Positions 62,423 through 64,000 of a DNA stretch of 64,000 bases are shown here, piece after piece. The stretch is from Hemiscyllium ocellatum. Its lineage: Eukaryota. The DNA lies in assembly GCF_020745735.1 (NCBI RefSeq), contig NC_083401.1:167266018-167330017 (forward strand), given 5' to 3'. Each line of letters begins with the position of its first letter. The first letter of the stretch is position 1. The notes under the pieces were generated by a model. It was not told where the DNA came from. It did no database searches and saw only the letters and a program-made list of their open reading frames with translations. Made by a program: the position numbers and the translations under genes.

Positions 62423-64000
62423 CAGCTCTGTAGCTTATTAATGTCCTTCTGTAATCTGCAACATCCTTCAGAACTATCCACAATTCCACCAATCTTAGTG
62501 TCATCCCCAAATTGACTAATGCATCCCTCTATGTCCTTATCCAGGTCATTTATAAAAATGACAAACAGCAGTGGCCCCGAAACAGACACTTGCGCTATGC
62601 CACTAGTAATTGAACTTCAGGATGAATATTTCCCATCAAACACCATTCTCTGTCTTCTTACAGCTTACCAATTTCTGATGCAAACCGCTATATCACCCTC
62701 AATCCCGTGTCTCTGTATTTTGTGCAATAGCCTACGGTGCGGAACCTTATCAAATGCTTTACTTAAATCCATATACACCACATCAACCGCTTTACCTTCA
62801 TCTACCTGCTTTGTCACCTTCTCAAAGAACTCAATAAGGTTTGTGAGGCATGACCTACCCTTCACAAAGCCGTGTTAAGTATCCCTAATCAAATTATTCT
62901 TTTCTGGATGATTATAAATCCTATCTTTTAAAATCCATTACAACACTTGACCCAAAAGCGAAGTAAGGCTCATTAGTCTATAACTACCAGGGTTGTTTTT
63001 ATTCCCCTTCTTGAAAAAGGGCATAACATTTGCTATCCTCCAGTCCTTTGACACTATTTATGTTGGAAATGACAGCATAATGATCAAAGCCAGAGGCACT
63101 GCAATTTCCTCCCTGGTTTACCAGAGAATCCGACGATAAATCCCATCCTGCCCAGGGGACTTACCTATTTTCACACTTTCCAGAATTGTTAACACCTCCT
63201 TCTCATGTACCTCAATCCCAGCTAGTCTAATAGCCTGTACATCAGTATTCTCCTCAACAACATTACCTTTATCTTATGTGAATACTTCAGAAAAATATTC
63301 ATTTAGTGCCTCTCCTATCTCTTCGCCCACAATGCACAACTTCTCGCTATTGTCCTTGACTGGCCTGAATGCCAGCCTATTCATTTTTTTATTCCTGACG
63401 TACTGATAGAAAGCTTTTGGTTTCTCCTTGATCCTACAGCCAAAGACTTCTCATGTGTCCTCCTTGCTCTTCTTCTCTCTCTCTCTTGAGGTACTTCTTT
63501 GCGAACTTGTAATTCTCAAGCATCCTAACTGAGCCTTCATGTCTCATCTTTACATAAGCCTCTTTCTTTAGTAAACATTGGTTCCCTCACCTGAATTCTT
63601 TCTCCCTGCCTGACCAGTACATACTTATCAAGGACACGCAATAGCTGTTCCTTGAACAAGTTCCACATTTTAATTGTGCTCAACCCCTGTAGATTTCTTC
63701 CCTATCCTATGCATCCTAAATCTCGCCTAACTCTATCATAACTGCCATTCCCCCAGCTATAACTCTTGCCCTGGAGTATATGCCTATCCCTTTCCATTGC
63801 GAAAGTAAACATAACAGAATTGTAGTCACTATCACATACCTCCAAACCTAACATCTGTTCCGTTCATTACCCAGTACCAAATCCAAGGTGGCCTCACCTC
63901 TTATTGACTCCATCACATGCTATAACGTCATTTTCCAGAGCATTCTGTAACTGACATTATTTTTGAACAGCCAGATGTCAAATCCCGAGGAAAAAGATCC
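62423..64000 (-). mobile_element. CR1 ORF2 fragment broken on its 3' side at the telomeric repeat; runs off the window end
   Basis: KGRSCLTNLIEFFEKVTKQVDEGKAVDVVYMDLSKAFDKVPH (ORF 62665-62865). It lacks the downstream RT C-terminus and tail seen in other CR1 copies. Confidence 0.9.

Noticed and set aside
5752-64000. A further Ig V, D or J segment or RSS cluster
   Set aside because: No leader-V exon, WGxG J motif or correctly spaced heptamer/nonamer pair was noticed by eye.

Overview
Eukaryotic, repeat-dense genomic DNA from a shark. The IgM sequence and repeat families indicate an elasmobranch; a carpet/bamboo shark is plausible but is inference only. Bases 1-5751 hold the 3' end of an immunoglobulin mu heavy-chain cluster: end of CH3, CH4, secretory tail, TM1 and TM2. 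CH4 has a TGA in place of its second Ig-fold cysteine and the secretory tail has a 1-nt deletion, but both TM exons and all splice sites are intact. The only other host gene recognised is an apparent first coding exon of a shark GPR139-like GPCR (35499-35715); its second exon is not in the window. The rest is mostly CR1 LINE fragments, HE1 and DeuSINE-type SINEs, a Tx1-like LINE 3' end, a degenerate tRNA-Arg, a 2.6-kb 18-bp minisatellite, and many Penelope-like elements (PLEs) from three families. The PLEs carry 11 hammerhead-ribozyme-like motifs. Several short PLE copies end at the ribozyme's 5' edge and are joined to an inverted copy of themselves or, in one case, to (TTAGGG)n repeats. Nearly all ORFs in the supplied track are retroelement remnants, their antisense shadows, or low-complexity read-throughs. 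There are no prokaryotic features or CRISPR arrays. Repeat boundaries are approximate unless fixed by a target-site duplication (TSD), and family names come from motif recognition, not database searches.
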